32,000 nucleotides of DNA from Candidatus Iainarchaeum sp. (GTDB lineage: Archaea > Iainarchaeota > Iainarchaeia > Iainarchaeales > VGJJ01): positions 60,001 through 92,000 of the forward strand of contig JAUYHT010000008.1 in assembly GCA_030688545.1 (NCBI GenBank), read 5' to 3'. This document shows, piece after piece, positions 15,208-22,724 of this stretch (position 1 is the first letter of the stretch; each line of letters begins with the position of its first letter). A program made the position numbers and the translations under genes. The notes under the pieces are model-generated. The model did no database searches and was not told the origin of the DNA. It saw only the letters and a list, made by a program, of their open reading frames with translations.

Positions 15208-15230
15208 GGAGTTGTGGGGGGTATTATCCT

Positions 15231-16022
15231 ATGATTGGGAATGAACTAACCGGGATGGTGCCCCCATCGGAACCGGATTTCGAACGTCTGGGCCGAGCGC
15301 TGACGAACGCGATTCGGAAAATAGTTCCAGCGGGAGAAAAGGTGGGGATTGCCTTCTCGGGGGGATTGGATTCGGGGGTGCTGGCTTGGGTTGCTCGGGA
15401 GGGGGGGATGGATATTCAGTTGATTGTATGCGGGACCGCGGGATCGCATGATGTTTCAAATGCAATAGCGTACGCAAAGGATTGGGGTTTATCTGTGTCG
15501 GTGGAAACGCTTACTGGAGAAACGATACGGAATGATCGCGAACAAGTTAAACGTATATTGCAAACGGAAGATCGCCTGCAAACCATGTTGGGGGGAATTA
15601 ATCTGGCTATGGCCCGCCGGGCCCATGCCGAAGGGTTGACTCACGTGATTGTTGGAACGGGAGCGGATGCTATTTTTGCTGGATTTTTCATTTTCCAAAA
15701 ATACAGGGACGATGACAGAGGATGCGAGCAGGTTCGCGCTGAAAAAATGGAGACATTGCAAGGTTTGGATATCCCGCGGGAAAACGCCTGCGCGAGGGAA
15801 TACCAAATTAACCTGCATGCACCTTACATGGATCCCATTTTCATGGAGGAAGCCCTGAAAATCAGTGCCATCCGGAATCTGCAGGGGAAATACGGGCCGC
15901 TGCGGAAAGGCGTGTTGCGCGAACTAGCGGAAAGGATGAGGGTTCCCGAAGCGATCGTACGGGCACCCAAGAAAGCCATGCAGTATGGGAGCGGTGTTTC
16001 TAAAATAGTGGGAGGGCTCTGA
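15231..16022 (+). CDS. PP-loop ATP pyrophosphatase, asparagine synthase C-terminal-domain-like (no glutaminase domain), 263 aa
   Basis: PP-loop AFSGGLDSGV. C-terminal HAPYMDPIFMEEALKISAIRNLQG...KGVLRELAERMRVPEAIVRAPKKAMQYGSG resembles the AsnB synthetase domain. Its stop abuts the stop of the converging gene (16020-16025). Confidence 0.8.
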   Translation: MIGNELTGMVPPSEPDFERLGRALTNAIRKIVPAGEKVGIAFSGGLDSGVLAWVAREGGMDIQLIVCGTAGSHDVSNAIAYAKDWGLSVSVETLTGETIRNDREQVKRILQTEDRLQTMLGGINLAMARRAHAEGLTHVIVGTGADAIFAGFFIFQKYRDDDRGCEQVRAEKMETLQGLDIPRENACAREYQINLHAPYMDPIFMEEALKISAIRNLQGKYGPLRKGVLRELAERMRVPEAIVRAPKKAMQYGSGVSKIVGGL

Positions 16023-16649
16023 TTAGATAGTGCCCATCACATCTACTTCCACATATTTGGGTTTGGGAGGGGGCAACGCATCCACTCCTAACGCATCGGC
16101 GACGAGCAAATCGCATTCCGCCGGATTTGCCGCATTTACGGTTGACTCGATTACTTTTCTGATAACGAAGGGTTGCTTCAATGTCAGCGTGATATCCCCC
16201 ACCGTGCGGGTGCAGGTGAGAAGGGCATAGGAACGCTTGTTGCTCAGGACTTTTCCGCAATTAATCCCGCAACCAGGCTCATAAACGATCTCGATATCCC
16301 CACTTTCATCAAGATCGGCCGTGCACGACAACCCGAAATTGTTTGTCATGTAGTTAGAGGTCACGGTCCAATAGGATTGGACGGCTCTCGCAAAGTCGAC
16401 ATTGCTCAGGTCGGGACAACTGATGCCATTAGAATTATCGTTTTTCATTTTATCGTAAATGGCATCCGCCGCGAAATTCTGGAAGGCATTACGGGCGAGG
16501 AAATGATCCTTGGCGAGGAGTTGTTCGGCGAGAAAAACCGTGTCCCGAGTGTGATCCAGGCGGGACTGGGAGGTATTGGAATAGATGAGGCTGATCAACA
16601 AAAGCACCCCCATGAGGGCGATGAATGCTGAAAAGAATCCCCTGTTCAT
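16023..16649 (-). CDS. Type IV pilin-like protein, Cys-rich, 208 aa
   Basis: ATG 16649 overlaps the upstream stop (ATGA at 16646-16649). MNRG|FFSAFIALMGVLLLISLIY; 8 Cys in the predicted extracellular part. Confidence 0.65.
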   Translation of the reverse strand: MNRGFFSAFIALMGVLLLISLIYSNTSQSRLDHTRDTVFLAEQLLAKDHFLARNAFQNFAADAIYDKMKNDNSNGISCPDLSNVDFARAVQSYWTVTSNYMTNNFGLSCTADLDESGDIEIVYEPGCGINCGKVLSNKRSYALLTCTRTVGDITLTLKQPFVIRKVIESTVNAANPAECDLLVADALGVDALPPPKPKYVEVDVMGTI

Positions 16650-16951
16650 GGAGCCACCACGCACCGGGTCATCGAATCCCATGAGCTGGAATCAGAAGGA
16701 TTGAGGAGATTGGTCGTCACGATCGGGCGGAAGGCCACGTCACAGGCGTATTCGGCATTTGGGGGAATGGTTGGGTTGGGGGTGGGGTCGCCATAGAACC
16801 AGGCGATGGCCGCATCACGGGCCTCCAATTCGAGGGAGACGGATAATTTGGAGGGGAGAGGATTAAGGGAAGTGGAGATAATCACGAGGAGCAGGATTAC
16901 CAAGAGTGCGGCGAACACCATGTCGATTGTGAAGATGAATCCTTTTCGCAT
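16646..16951 (-). CDS. Type IV pilin-like protein, 101 aa
   Basis: MRKG|FIFTIDMVFAALLVILLLVIIS. The ATG is 1 nt after the upstream stop. Confidence 0.6.
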   Translation of the reverse strand: MRKGFIFTIDMVFAALLVILLLVIISTSLNPLPSKLSVSLELEARDAAIAWFYGDPTPNPTIPPNAEYACDVAFRPIVTTNLLNPSDSSSWDSMTRCVVAP

Positions 16952-16952
16952 G

Positions 16953-17597
16953 TTATCGCTTCCACACCGTAATCCGCACCCTATTCAAATCGACCCCGCA
17001 TAACCCATCCATGCATTTTCGCAGACCAATGGGATCGGGATGGGCATCAAATAGGAGCATTTTCCGCTCGATCGAAAAAAATGGTTGTCCGGGTGGGCGC
17101 GGGGCGAAAAGCATTTTGTGCTTATAACCTGGGGTGTCCAACCGGAATAAATAATCATTGAACAAATCCAGAACACTCAATCGGGCGCCCGCCGGACGGT
17201 CGACGAAGCAATTGAGCATGGGTGATAACTCGTAATCAGTGGCCCAGGCCGATGATTTCAATGGACCCACCACCCCTAAGTTTGAGATTGACCGGGTGGT
17301 ATTGGGTCCGCAGCGGATATTTTCTGCCCACTGTTCGTCAGTAGAGAGAGTACAATTGGTAAACTTGAATTTCCTACTTTGCCCATCAAAGCACAAGGAG
17401 ACGACTATTTCAGGATGTGAGGTCAAAGCGGCGGCAGCCAGGTTGGTCACCCGAACGAGCTCGGCGTACTCTTTTTCCTCTTGAGCCAGATAAACCTGTT
17501 TCTCGGCCTGGCCGAGAACCAAGCCCAGGGCGAGGGTGAACACAACAGCGGCGAGCACCACGTCGAGGGTCCAGAATTGTCCACGGGGATTAACCAT
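16953..17597 (-). CDS. Type IV pilin-like protein, Cys-rich, 214 aa
   Basis: MVNPRG|QFWTLDVVLAAVVFTLALGLVLG (Gln at +1); several Cys in the C-terminal domain. Starts 6 nt after the upstream stop. Confidence 0.65.
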   Translation of the reverse strand: MVNPRGQFWTLDVVLAAVVFTLALGLVLGQAEKQVYLAQEEKEYAELVRVTNLAAAALTSHPEIVVSLCFDGQSRKFKFTNCTLSTDEQWAENIRCGPNTTRSISNLGVVGPLKSSAWATDYELSPMLNCFVDRPAGARLSVLDLFNDYLFRLDTPGYKHKMLFAPRPPGQPFFSIERKMLLFDAHPDPIGLRKCMDGLCGVDLNRVRITVWKR

Positions 17598-17603
17598 TAT
17601 CCA

Positions 17604-18119
17604 TCACCTGATCGAAAAATCATATCCACAGTTAGTAAAATCCAGTTTGGCCCAACGTTGAAATTGCTCGGGCGCGATGAGATTCCGGTCGACATACACA
17701 TCGTCCGCCAGCCCGGTTTGGGTGGAGGGGATGACAATCGACAAGCCATCCTGCTGGTCAGTCGCATTGGGATTGTCAAAGAATTGGAAATCGAAAAGGC
17801 AATCGTATCCGCCCGCTTGAGAAAGGCCCTTCACGGGGAGGGTGGGTATCGTGCCCGTGAATTTGGTGTATTGGTTGGTTTTCTGAGGGAGATTGATACC
17901 GCCTCCCAAGCCATAAGGGATATTGGAATGAAAATGCTGATGAGTATAGATGGTGAGCTCGGCCACGGCATCCAGGTTTTCGCGGGCCTGTTGGCGGATG
18001 CTGATCTCCAACTGGGATTTCTGAAACCCATCCACCACTCCCGTGAAAGCAAGGAGGGCGACGAGAACAATGATGAGGGAGAGGACCAAATCCAGCCCAG
18101 TCTGCCCGCGGGAATACAT
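17604..18119 (-). CDS. Type IV pilin-like protein, 171 aa
   Basis: MYSRG|QTGLDLVLSLIIVLVALLAFTG. ATTAAAAG box (18142-18149) is centred about 26 nt upstream of the ATG. Confidence 0.65.
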   Translation of the reverse strand: MYSRGQTGLDLVLSLIIVLVALLAFTGVVDGFQKSQLEISIRQQARENLDAVAELTIYTHQHFHSNIPYGLGGGINLPQKTNQYTKFTGTIPTLPVKGLSQAGGYDCLFDFQFFDNPNATDQQDGLSIVIPSTQTGLADDVYVDRNLIAPEQFQRWAKLDFTNCGYDFSIR

Positions 18120-18141
18120 GAGGGGAGGAACAAAACCGCGC

Positions 18142-18149
18142 TTTTAATG
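18142..18149 (-). promoter_or_regulatory. TATA box for the four-gene pilin-like module
   Basis: ATTAAAAG (minus strand) centred about 26 nt before ATG 18119, about 10 nt after the JAMM stop. Confidence 0.4.
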
Positions 18150-18158
18150 CTTGCACCT

Positions 18159-18539
18159 CTATTCGATGATTGCCAGGGGGACACGGTGGCCCTGGTTATC
18201 ATAGGCGCGGAAATCGGACAGGGAGTAGGGATGGCCCAGGATGAGATGGATCTTTCCAAAGCGTGCAAATATATTGCGGTCGGCCGAGGATGCGCGCATG
18301 TCGGGGGAAGGGTGGGAATGCACGATGCCTAAGACGAAGGGATCGTAGGGGGATAAATCCAATCGGATCTGGGAATGGGTCTTCCCAAATTCGGCAGGGA
18401 GGATCACGAGCTCGGAGATATGTCGCGGCCGTTGGGGAGAAGAGGCAACCAGGCAGATGAATTCATCCGGGTATACTTTCTTGGCGGCCATCATCAGATT
18501 GGCGAGGACGAGAGGGGAAATAGTATACGTCTCAGGCAT
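18159..18539 (-). CDS. Minimal JAB1/MPN/Mov34 (JAMM) zinc metalloprotease, 126 aa
   Basis: Intact JAMM motif HSHPSPDMRASSAD (H-x-H-x7-S-xx-D) with an upstream acidic residue in YPDEFICLV. The ATG overlaps the upstream gene end by 8 nt. Confidence 0.85.
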   Translation of the reverse strand: MPETYTISPLVLANLMMAAKKVYPDEFICLVASSPQRPRHISELVILPAEFGKTHSQIRLDLSPYDPFVLGIVHSHPSPDMRASSADRNIFARFGKIHLILGHPYSLSDFRAYDNQGHRVPLAIIE

Positions 18540-19494
18540 AAAACCATATGATAGGGAGGAGTAACACCCACATCCCCAAGGAGGGAGGTTGGTGATAAAA
18601 ATGAATCATCTGGCGCAGGGAAAAGGCCAGCACCCCCACGGCAATGGCGGCAAAACCACCGAAGACCAATAATCCCACCCATTGCAGAGCAGTCCAGAGT
18701 GAAGGAGGAATAGAGAAATGCGCAGGAATGAGCGGCCATATTCCCCATGCGAACACGAGAGCAGCAAGGATGAGGAAGAGCATGGATAGGATGTCGGGGG
18801 GAATGTCGAAGGACACCCAGGCCGCAGGATAGGAACGCACACGCCCTTCCAGGAGGACGAAGCCTAAGCTGAAGATGAGGTTGGCTGAAATGAGGGAGAG
18901 GGAACCCCGCTCGCCTAACCACAACGCGCCGGCCAACCCGGGACCTAAACCGGGGAGGAAACCCATGACCGTTCCCATGGTCGCGTGTGTTCCGCTTTCG
19001 CCTAAGGACTCTTTTCCAGTTGAAGGATTTTCATGCGGCCAACGATTACCAAAGAAGCCCGTGAACCAAGCGGGGAGCGCGAGAGGAATTGTCCATTCGT
19101 GCAGGGTCAACCAGCCCGCGAGCATGGCGACGCACCCTAATGATAAGTAGGCGAAACGGCCCATGGGAAAACGAACAACGGCTAAGAGGATGGCCGCGGC
19201 GAGGATGAATGGGAGATAAGCTTCGAGGGAGTAAAAATGATCTCGGTAAACCGCAAATAAACCCAAACCGATGGCGCCAAATCCCCATCCAATGAGCAAT
19301 TCATGAGGAGGAAAAAAAGAAGAGGATTTGGTTATGGACACTAATCCCGCGGCCGCCAAACCAATGACAGCGTACCCTGGAAATAGGGGAAAGAGGACAC
19401 TTCCCCAGATAAGCAAAGGGATGAGCGAAGGCAAACCCCCCCGGAAAAGGAATAAACCAATAATAACGAAAAGTAGGATTTCAAACCCGGGCAC
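18532..19494 (-). CDS. Polytopic membrane protein, TctA/DUF112-like, 320 aa
   Basis: About 9-10 hydrophobic segments. GTVMGFLPGLGPGLAGAL resembles the Gx3GxxPGxG signature I associate with the TctA/DUF112 family (assignment confidence about 0.4). GTG start at 19494 overlaps the upstream gene by 14 nt. Confidence 0.7.
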   Translation of the reverse strand: MPGFEILLFVIIGLFLFRGGLPSLIPLLIWGSVLFPLFPGYAVIGLAAAGLVSITKSSSFFPPHELLIGWGFGAIGLGLFAVYRDHFYSLEAYLPFILAAAILLAVVRFPMGRFAYLSLGCVAMLAGWLTLHEWTIPLALPAWFTGFFGNRWPHENPSTGKESLGESGTHATMGTVMGFLPGLGPGLAGALWLGERGSLSLISANLIFSLGFVLLEGRVRSYPAAWVSFDIPPDILSMLFLILAALVFAWGIWPLIPAHFSIPPSLWTALQWVGLLVFGGFAAIAVGVLAFSLRQMIHFYHQPPSLGMWVLLLPIIWFYA

Positions 19495-19843
19495 AGGCGC
19501 TCACCCTTTCCACGACGCATAACCGGCCGCGTAATGTCTGCTCGATTCGGGCTTGGATGCGACAATTATCCTTAGTGAAAAGAGAGGGGAATGGAGCGGG
19601 GTGGCGCCAGTAGCAGGTTACCTTACCCTGGTTGGAGGCATCGAAGACGAGAGCGGTTCCCGAGGAACGGATGTTGGAAAGGGTGGCATCGAAAATGACG
19701 CGGGAGGGAAGGGGAAGCGTGTGAATGGATTGAAGGTTTTCAAGCGAGCGGATGGAAGACTGGTCCTGGAAATGAAGTAAAAGGATCATGCCTAGGCCCA
19801 GGAGGATCCAGGGAAGAGGGGCATTCATGCGGGGGAAGGCCAT
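19481..19843 (-). CDS. Membrane-anchored small protein with OB-fold-like domain, 115-120 aa
   Basis: N-terminal helix PLPWILLGLGMILLLHF, then a beta-rich segment VIFDATLSNIRSSGTALVFDASNQGKVTCYW...CRIQARIEQTLRGRLCVVERV. The second ATG (19828) sits about 27 nt from the CTTTAATC box at 19851-19858 and is probably the true start. Confidence 0.55.
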   Translation of the reverse strand: MAFPRMNAPLPWILLGLGMILLLHFQDQSSIRSLENLQSIHTLPLPSRVIFDATLSNIRSSGTALVFDASNQGKVTCYWRHPAPFPSLFTKDNCRIQARIEQTLRGRLCVVERVSACARV

Positions 19844-19850
19844 GGAAAAG

Positions 19851-19858
19851 GATTAAAG
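19851..19858 (-). promoter_or_regulatory. TATA-like box for the OB-like/DUF112-like/JAMM genes
   Basis: CTTTAATC (minus strand) centred about 27 nt before the second ATG (19828) of 19481-19843. Confidence 0.35.
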
Positions 19859-19916
19859 GATAGGGAAAAAAAATGGGTTTTCCTCACCCCCTTGAATGGC
19901 GAAGTATGAGTTTTTT

Positions 19917-20003
19917 TACGAAACTTTTTGGAAAAAAATTGATCAAAACAACCTTTTTTGGAAAAAAAAGGGTAATCAAAAAAACGATCTTTTTTGGAAA
20001 AAA
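19917..20003 (-). repeat. Three copies (minus-strand sense) of the same repeat family as 8794-9036
   Basis: Plus-strand text: acgaaactttttggaaaaaaa (19917-19937), atcaaaacaaccttttttggaaaaaaaa (19941-19968), atcaaaaaaacgatcttttttggaaaaaaa (19974-20003). The reverse complement of the last copy matches 8794-8821 at 27 of 28 positions. Confidence 0.8.
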
Positions 20004-20038
20004 ATATCTTTTGACCAAATATTTTTCATAGACCCGAA

Positions 20039-20461
20039 TTAGCAAGTGATGGGAGTAGGTGTCGGTCCGGATTGGCCACAATAATAAGGAGAACCGTTTT
20101 CATTGACGAGGAAGAAAGAAACCGTTCCATAATTATTGGCGGGGTCGATGGCTTGGCATACTTTTGTGCACCCGCCTCCCCCGCGCAAAGCAACACCGGT
20201 ATCGGATGTCATGGTGCCGCGGAGGGTGACATGCATGGTGAGGTCATTGCTAGGATCCAGGGTGGGTTGGATTTGGATGATGCGGAGAGGGAAATTATTT
20301 TGTTCGAGATAAGGGAGGAGGGCAATCTTCACATTGGCGGCGGCATGCGTAAATTGCTGGTTCTCCAGGAAAGGCAAGCCCACCCCCAACCCAACAAGAA
20401 GAACAAAGGCAATGATGAGAATGGTCTCCAAAGAGGCTTGGGCGGCGGGCCCGCGCATCAT
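20039..20461 (-). CDS. Type IV pilin-like protein, 140 aa
   Basis: ATG 20461 overlaps the upstream stop (ATGA at 20458-20461). MMRGPAA|QASLETILIIAFVLLVGLGVGL. The track start 20632 lies inside the upstream gene. Confidence 0.65.
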   Translation of the reverse strand: MMRGPAAQASLETILIIAFVLLVGLGVGLPFLENQQFTHAAANVKIALLPYLEQNNFPLRIIQIQPTLDPSNDLTMHVTLRGTMTSDTGVALRGGGGCTKVCQAIDPANNYGTVSFFLVNENGSPYYCGQSGPTPTPITC

Positions 20462-21051
20462 CTCACCACCACGTTCACGTCTGGGAAAGAACCCGATTGG
20501 GGATAAACAACATCGATGCGGAGCGTTTGGGAAAAGCCCCGCGAGCCGGATTGGACGATGAAAGGAGTTCTGGATTCGGCATTGCACAATAATTGGTTGA
20601 AACGATCGGGAAGAAGGATTTGGCGGGCGCACTCATAAGGGGTAACAGTGGCGGCGGAACAACCATGGACAAGCAAATTCTGCGGCCCTAATGACCCTGA
20701 AATATCCGACCCATCATAATTGAACACCGGGCGGTACAATTGTGTGGCGACGCTCAGGTAACCGGTAGAAGAATTGCCGGGGACGCAGATGAAGCGACTG
20801 TGCTTGGGGAGGAAGAGGGTGATGGTTTGGGAGGCATTGGCGTCCTGTTGCGCCCCGAGAGTGGCGAACAATTGATCGATACGCTCGAGGTCGGAAGTAA
20901 GTGAGCCCACTTTGGCCACATCCTCCATGGATTGCTGGAGACGCTCGCCCAGGGGGACAATAATGGTCATCACGATGATGAGGGCTAGGAGGAGAATGAG
21001 GACGAATTCGATGGAAGCCTGGCCCTTCTGCCGGGGGAGAAGATGGTTCAC
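20458..21051 (-). CDS. Type IV pilin-like protein, about 197 aa
   Basis: ...NHLLPRQKG|QASIEFVLILLLALIIVMTIIVPL. GTG 21051 gives a GTGA overlap with the peptidase stop (21048-21050). Alternative starts are GTG 21060 and TTG 21069 (track). Confidence 0.7.
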   Translation of the reverse strand: MNHLLPRQKGQASIEFVLILLLALIIVMTIIVPLGERLQQSMEDVAKVGSLTSDLERIDQLFATLGAQQDANASQTITLFLPKHSRFICVPGNSSTGYLSVATQLYRPVFNYDGSDISGSLGPQNLLVHGCSAATVTPYECARQILLPDRFNQLLCNAESRTPFIVQSGSRGFSQTLRIDVVYPQSGSFPDVNVVVR

Positions 21052-22166
21052 GGGAACCACCAGACCCAAGGAATATCCCCCAATAGGTTGAGGAGGAGAT
21101 AGGCTAACAGCACCGCGGGAACAAAGGGAGCGGAGGCCTTGATGCGGATGTGGTTTTCCAACTCCCCTTTTTTGACCAAAGACTTCAATTGGGATAATTG
21201 GTCATCCGTCAATCCCGCGGCACTCAGGGGGTTGGCTAACACGAGTGAATGGACGGGGGGAATGAACCACTGCATGACCTCCGCGGGGGTTTTGGCCTTA
21301 ATAAGCGTTGCAAGGGGAGGACGGGTTTTTCGGGCTGGCTTACCGTGTTCCACCACGATCAGCTCGCCCGGGATCTCCCCCTCATGAAGGGAAGTGATAG
21401 GGCGAATCTGCACCAGCACATGCTTTTTGGCGAAACCGAACCAGGAAATAAGTAATGATATTCCGGCGAGAGCGAGGAAAGAAAGGGCGAGCGTGGGAAA
21501 GAGGGCGGGATTGAGGAACAAAGAAAAGGCCCCTCCCACGGCTATGAGGTATTGAAGGGGTTTGGGGGAGAAAGAAAGGATGAGGAGGACGGGGAGTATT
21601 TCCCACGTGGCGGTGGGAAGGAAGTAGAGAACGAAGCCTGACCAAAGGATGATGTGGGAAGAACGGAGGAGAGCGGACAAGGATTGGTTGATCCATTCCT
21701 GACGAAGGGACTTGTCCTTCAACGCGAGGAGGGAGAGGAAAGCCGTGTAGGGGATGAACATGATGATGGAAAAAAGGAAGAGGGAAAACATGAAAATGGG
21801 CCAATCCGAAGGACGGAAGAGGGGGAGGCCTTCCCACACGAAAGAAATGCCGAAGAAAGAACCCAGGAGGAAGGGATTGTAAGGGTTGAGGGCGGCGAGA
21901 CCGGTGAAGAGCTTCACATCCCCTCCCGCCCAGGCTCCAAGCTTCCAGAGGAGGTAGGCGGCGAGGAAGGTAAGCAGGATCACGGCTCCTGTGATGAGTA
22001 ACTGATTCAGGTCACCGGTCTGGAAAAAGGAAGCCAGGGCAAATAGGATTCCAAGAAAGAGAAGGGAATAGGTAACCCCATCCGGGATGATGCGCTCCTT
22101 GAAATCGGTGTAGGTGCCGACGGCCAAGCCAATGAGGGACAAGAAAAAAGAAATGAGGGGAAACAT
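21048..22166 (-). CDS. Prepilin/preflagellin peptidase, A24 family (EppA/PibD/FlaK-like), 372 aa
   Basis: Catalytic Asp motifs GTYTDFKERIIPD and GAWAGGDVKLF (GxGD-type). Polytopic, with a soluble insertion near the C-terminus. Embedded between pilin genes. Confidence 0.9.
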   Translation of the reverse strand: MFPLISFFLSLIGLAVGTYTDFKERIIPDGVTYSLLFLGILFALASFFQTGDLNQLLITGAVILLTFLAAYLLWKLGAWAGGDVKLFTGLAALNPYNPFLLGSFFGISFVWEGLPLFRPSDWPIFMFSLFLFSIIMFIPYTAFLSLLALKDKSLRQEWINQSLSALLRSSHIILWSGFVLYFLPTATWEILPVLLILSFSPKPLQYLIAVGGAFSLFLNPALFPTLALSFLALAGISLLISWFGFAKKHVLVQIRPITSLHEGEIPGELIVVEHGKPARKTRPPLATLIKAKTPAEVMQWFIPPVHSLVLANPLSAAGLTDDQLSQLKSLVKKGELENHIRIKASAPFVPAVLLAYLLLNLLGDIPWVWWFP

Positions 22167-22169
22167 AGG

Positions 22170-22352
22170 TTATCCCCCAAGGAAATTCAGTATGGCTTCC
22201 TGGCGCAACTGCTCGATGTTCTTCTCCGCGACCTGTGAAATGGCCGCCACTTGGAATGCGAGCAAGGCCGCGACGGTGGCCAAGAGAATGCCGAACGCCA
22301 CCGTCAGCAAATACTCGAGTGCCACCTGGGCTTTTGCATCCATGGGAATCAC
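22170..22352 (-). CDS. Short type IV pilin (class III signal peptide family), 57-60 aa
   Basis: (MIP)MDAKA|QVALEYLLTVAFGILLATVAALLAF... GTG 22352 has GGGAG 10 nt upstream; ATG 22343 is the alternative. Stop is 3 nt before the peptidase ATG. Confidence 0.7.
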   Translation of the reverse strand: MIPMDAKAQVALEYLLTVAFGILLATVAALLAFQVAAISQVAEKNIEQLRQEAILNFLGG

Positions 22353-22382
22353 GAAGCGATTACTCCCGGTTATTATCTTACA

Positions 22383-22544
22383 TTATCTTACTACGTGCGT
22401 GGTGAAATCATTCAAATTATTCGACACGATGGTATTGGTTTGTCCGGATGTCGTGATGATAATCAACAGCACGATCGTGGCGATCAGCACCGCCCCGCCA
22501 ATCAGCAGCAGGTACTCCAATGCCCCTTGTCCTCGGTTATCCAT
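22383..22544 (-). CDS. Short type IV pilin, 53 aa (below ORF-track cutoff)
   Basis: My translation: MDNRG|QGALEYLLLIGGAVLIATIVLLIIITTSGQTNTIVSNNLNDFTTHVVR. ATG 22544 is preceded by GGAGGG with a 5-nt spacer. TAA at 22383-22385. Confidence 0.65.
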   Translation of the reverse strand: MDNRGQGALEYLLLIGGAVLIATIVLLIIITTSGQTNTIVSNNLNDFTTHVVR

Positions 22545-22556
22545 ATTCTCCCTCCT

Positions 22557-22724
22557 TCATGAGATGTTAGACACGATGTCATTCGTCGTTGATCCCACTT
22601 GCGGGGACAACTGGTTAAGCACTTCTTTGGCGATGAGCGCGGCCGTGGTGGCCAGCAAAATGACGATGCCGGCGACGAGGACCAGTTCGATTGAAGCCTG
22701 GGCCTTTTGTTCGTTCCACATCAT
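22557..22724 (-). CDS. Short type IV pilin, 55 aa (below ORF-track cutoff)
   Basis: My translation: MMWNEQKA|QASIELVLVAGIVILLATTAALIAKEVLNQLSPQVGSTTNDIVSNIS. ATG 22724 overlaps the upstream stop (ATGA at 22721-22724). TGA at 22557-22559. Confidence 0.65.
   Translation of the reverse strand: MMWNEQKAQASIELVLVAGIVILLATTAALIAKEVLNQLSPQVGSTTNDIVSNIS

Noticed and set aside
17481-18332. 283-aa plus-strand ORF running antisense across three minus-strand genes
   Set aside because: The minus-strand genes carry strong signatures (JAMM motif, class III signal peptides, coupled junctions). The plus ORF crosses their boundaries, has Gly/Glu/Asp-rich mirror-image composition and no recognisable motif or start context.
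19884-20081. 65-aa track ORF (minus strand) with FFPKK repeats, and the 52-aa plus-strand FFGKK ORF (19872-20030), considered as real small-protein genes
   Set aside because: Both are translations of the A/T-rich intergenic repeat. The homologous repeat array at 8794-9036 has stops in all frames, and the minus ORF starts inside the preceding pilin-like gene in another frame. Kept only as a low-probability note in findings.
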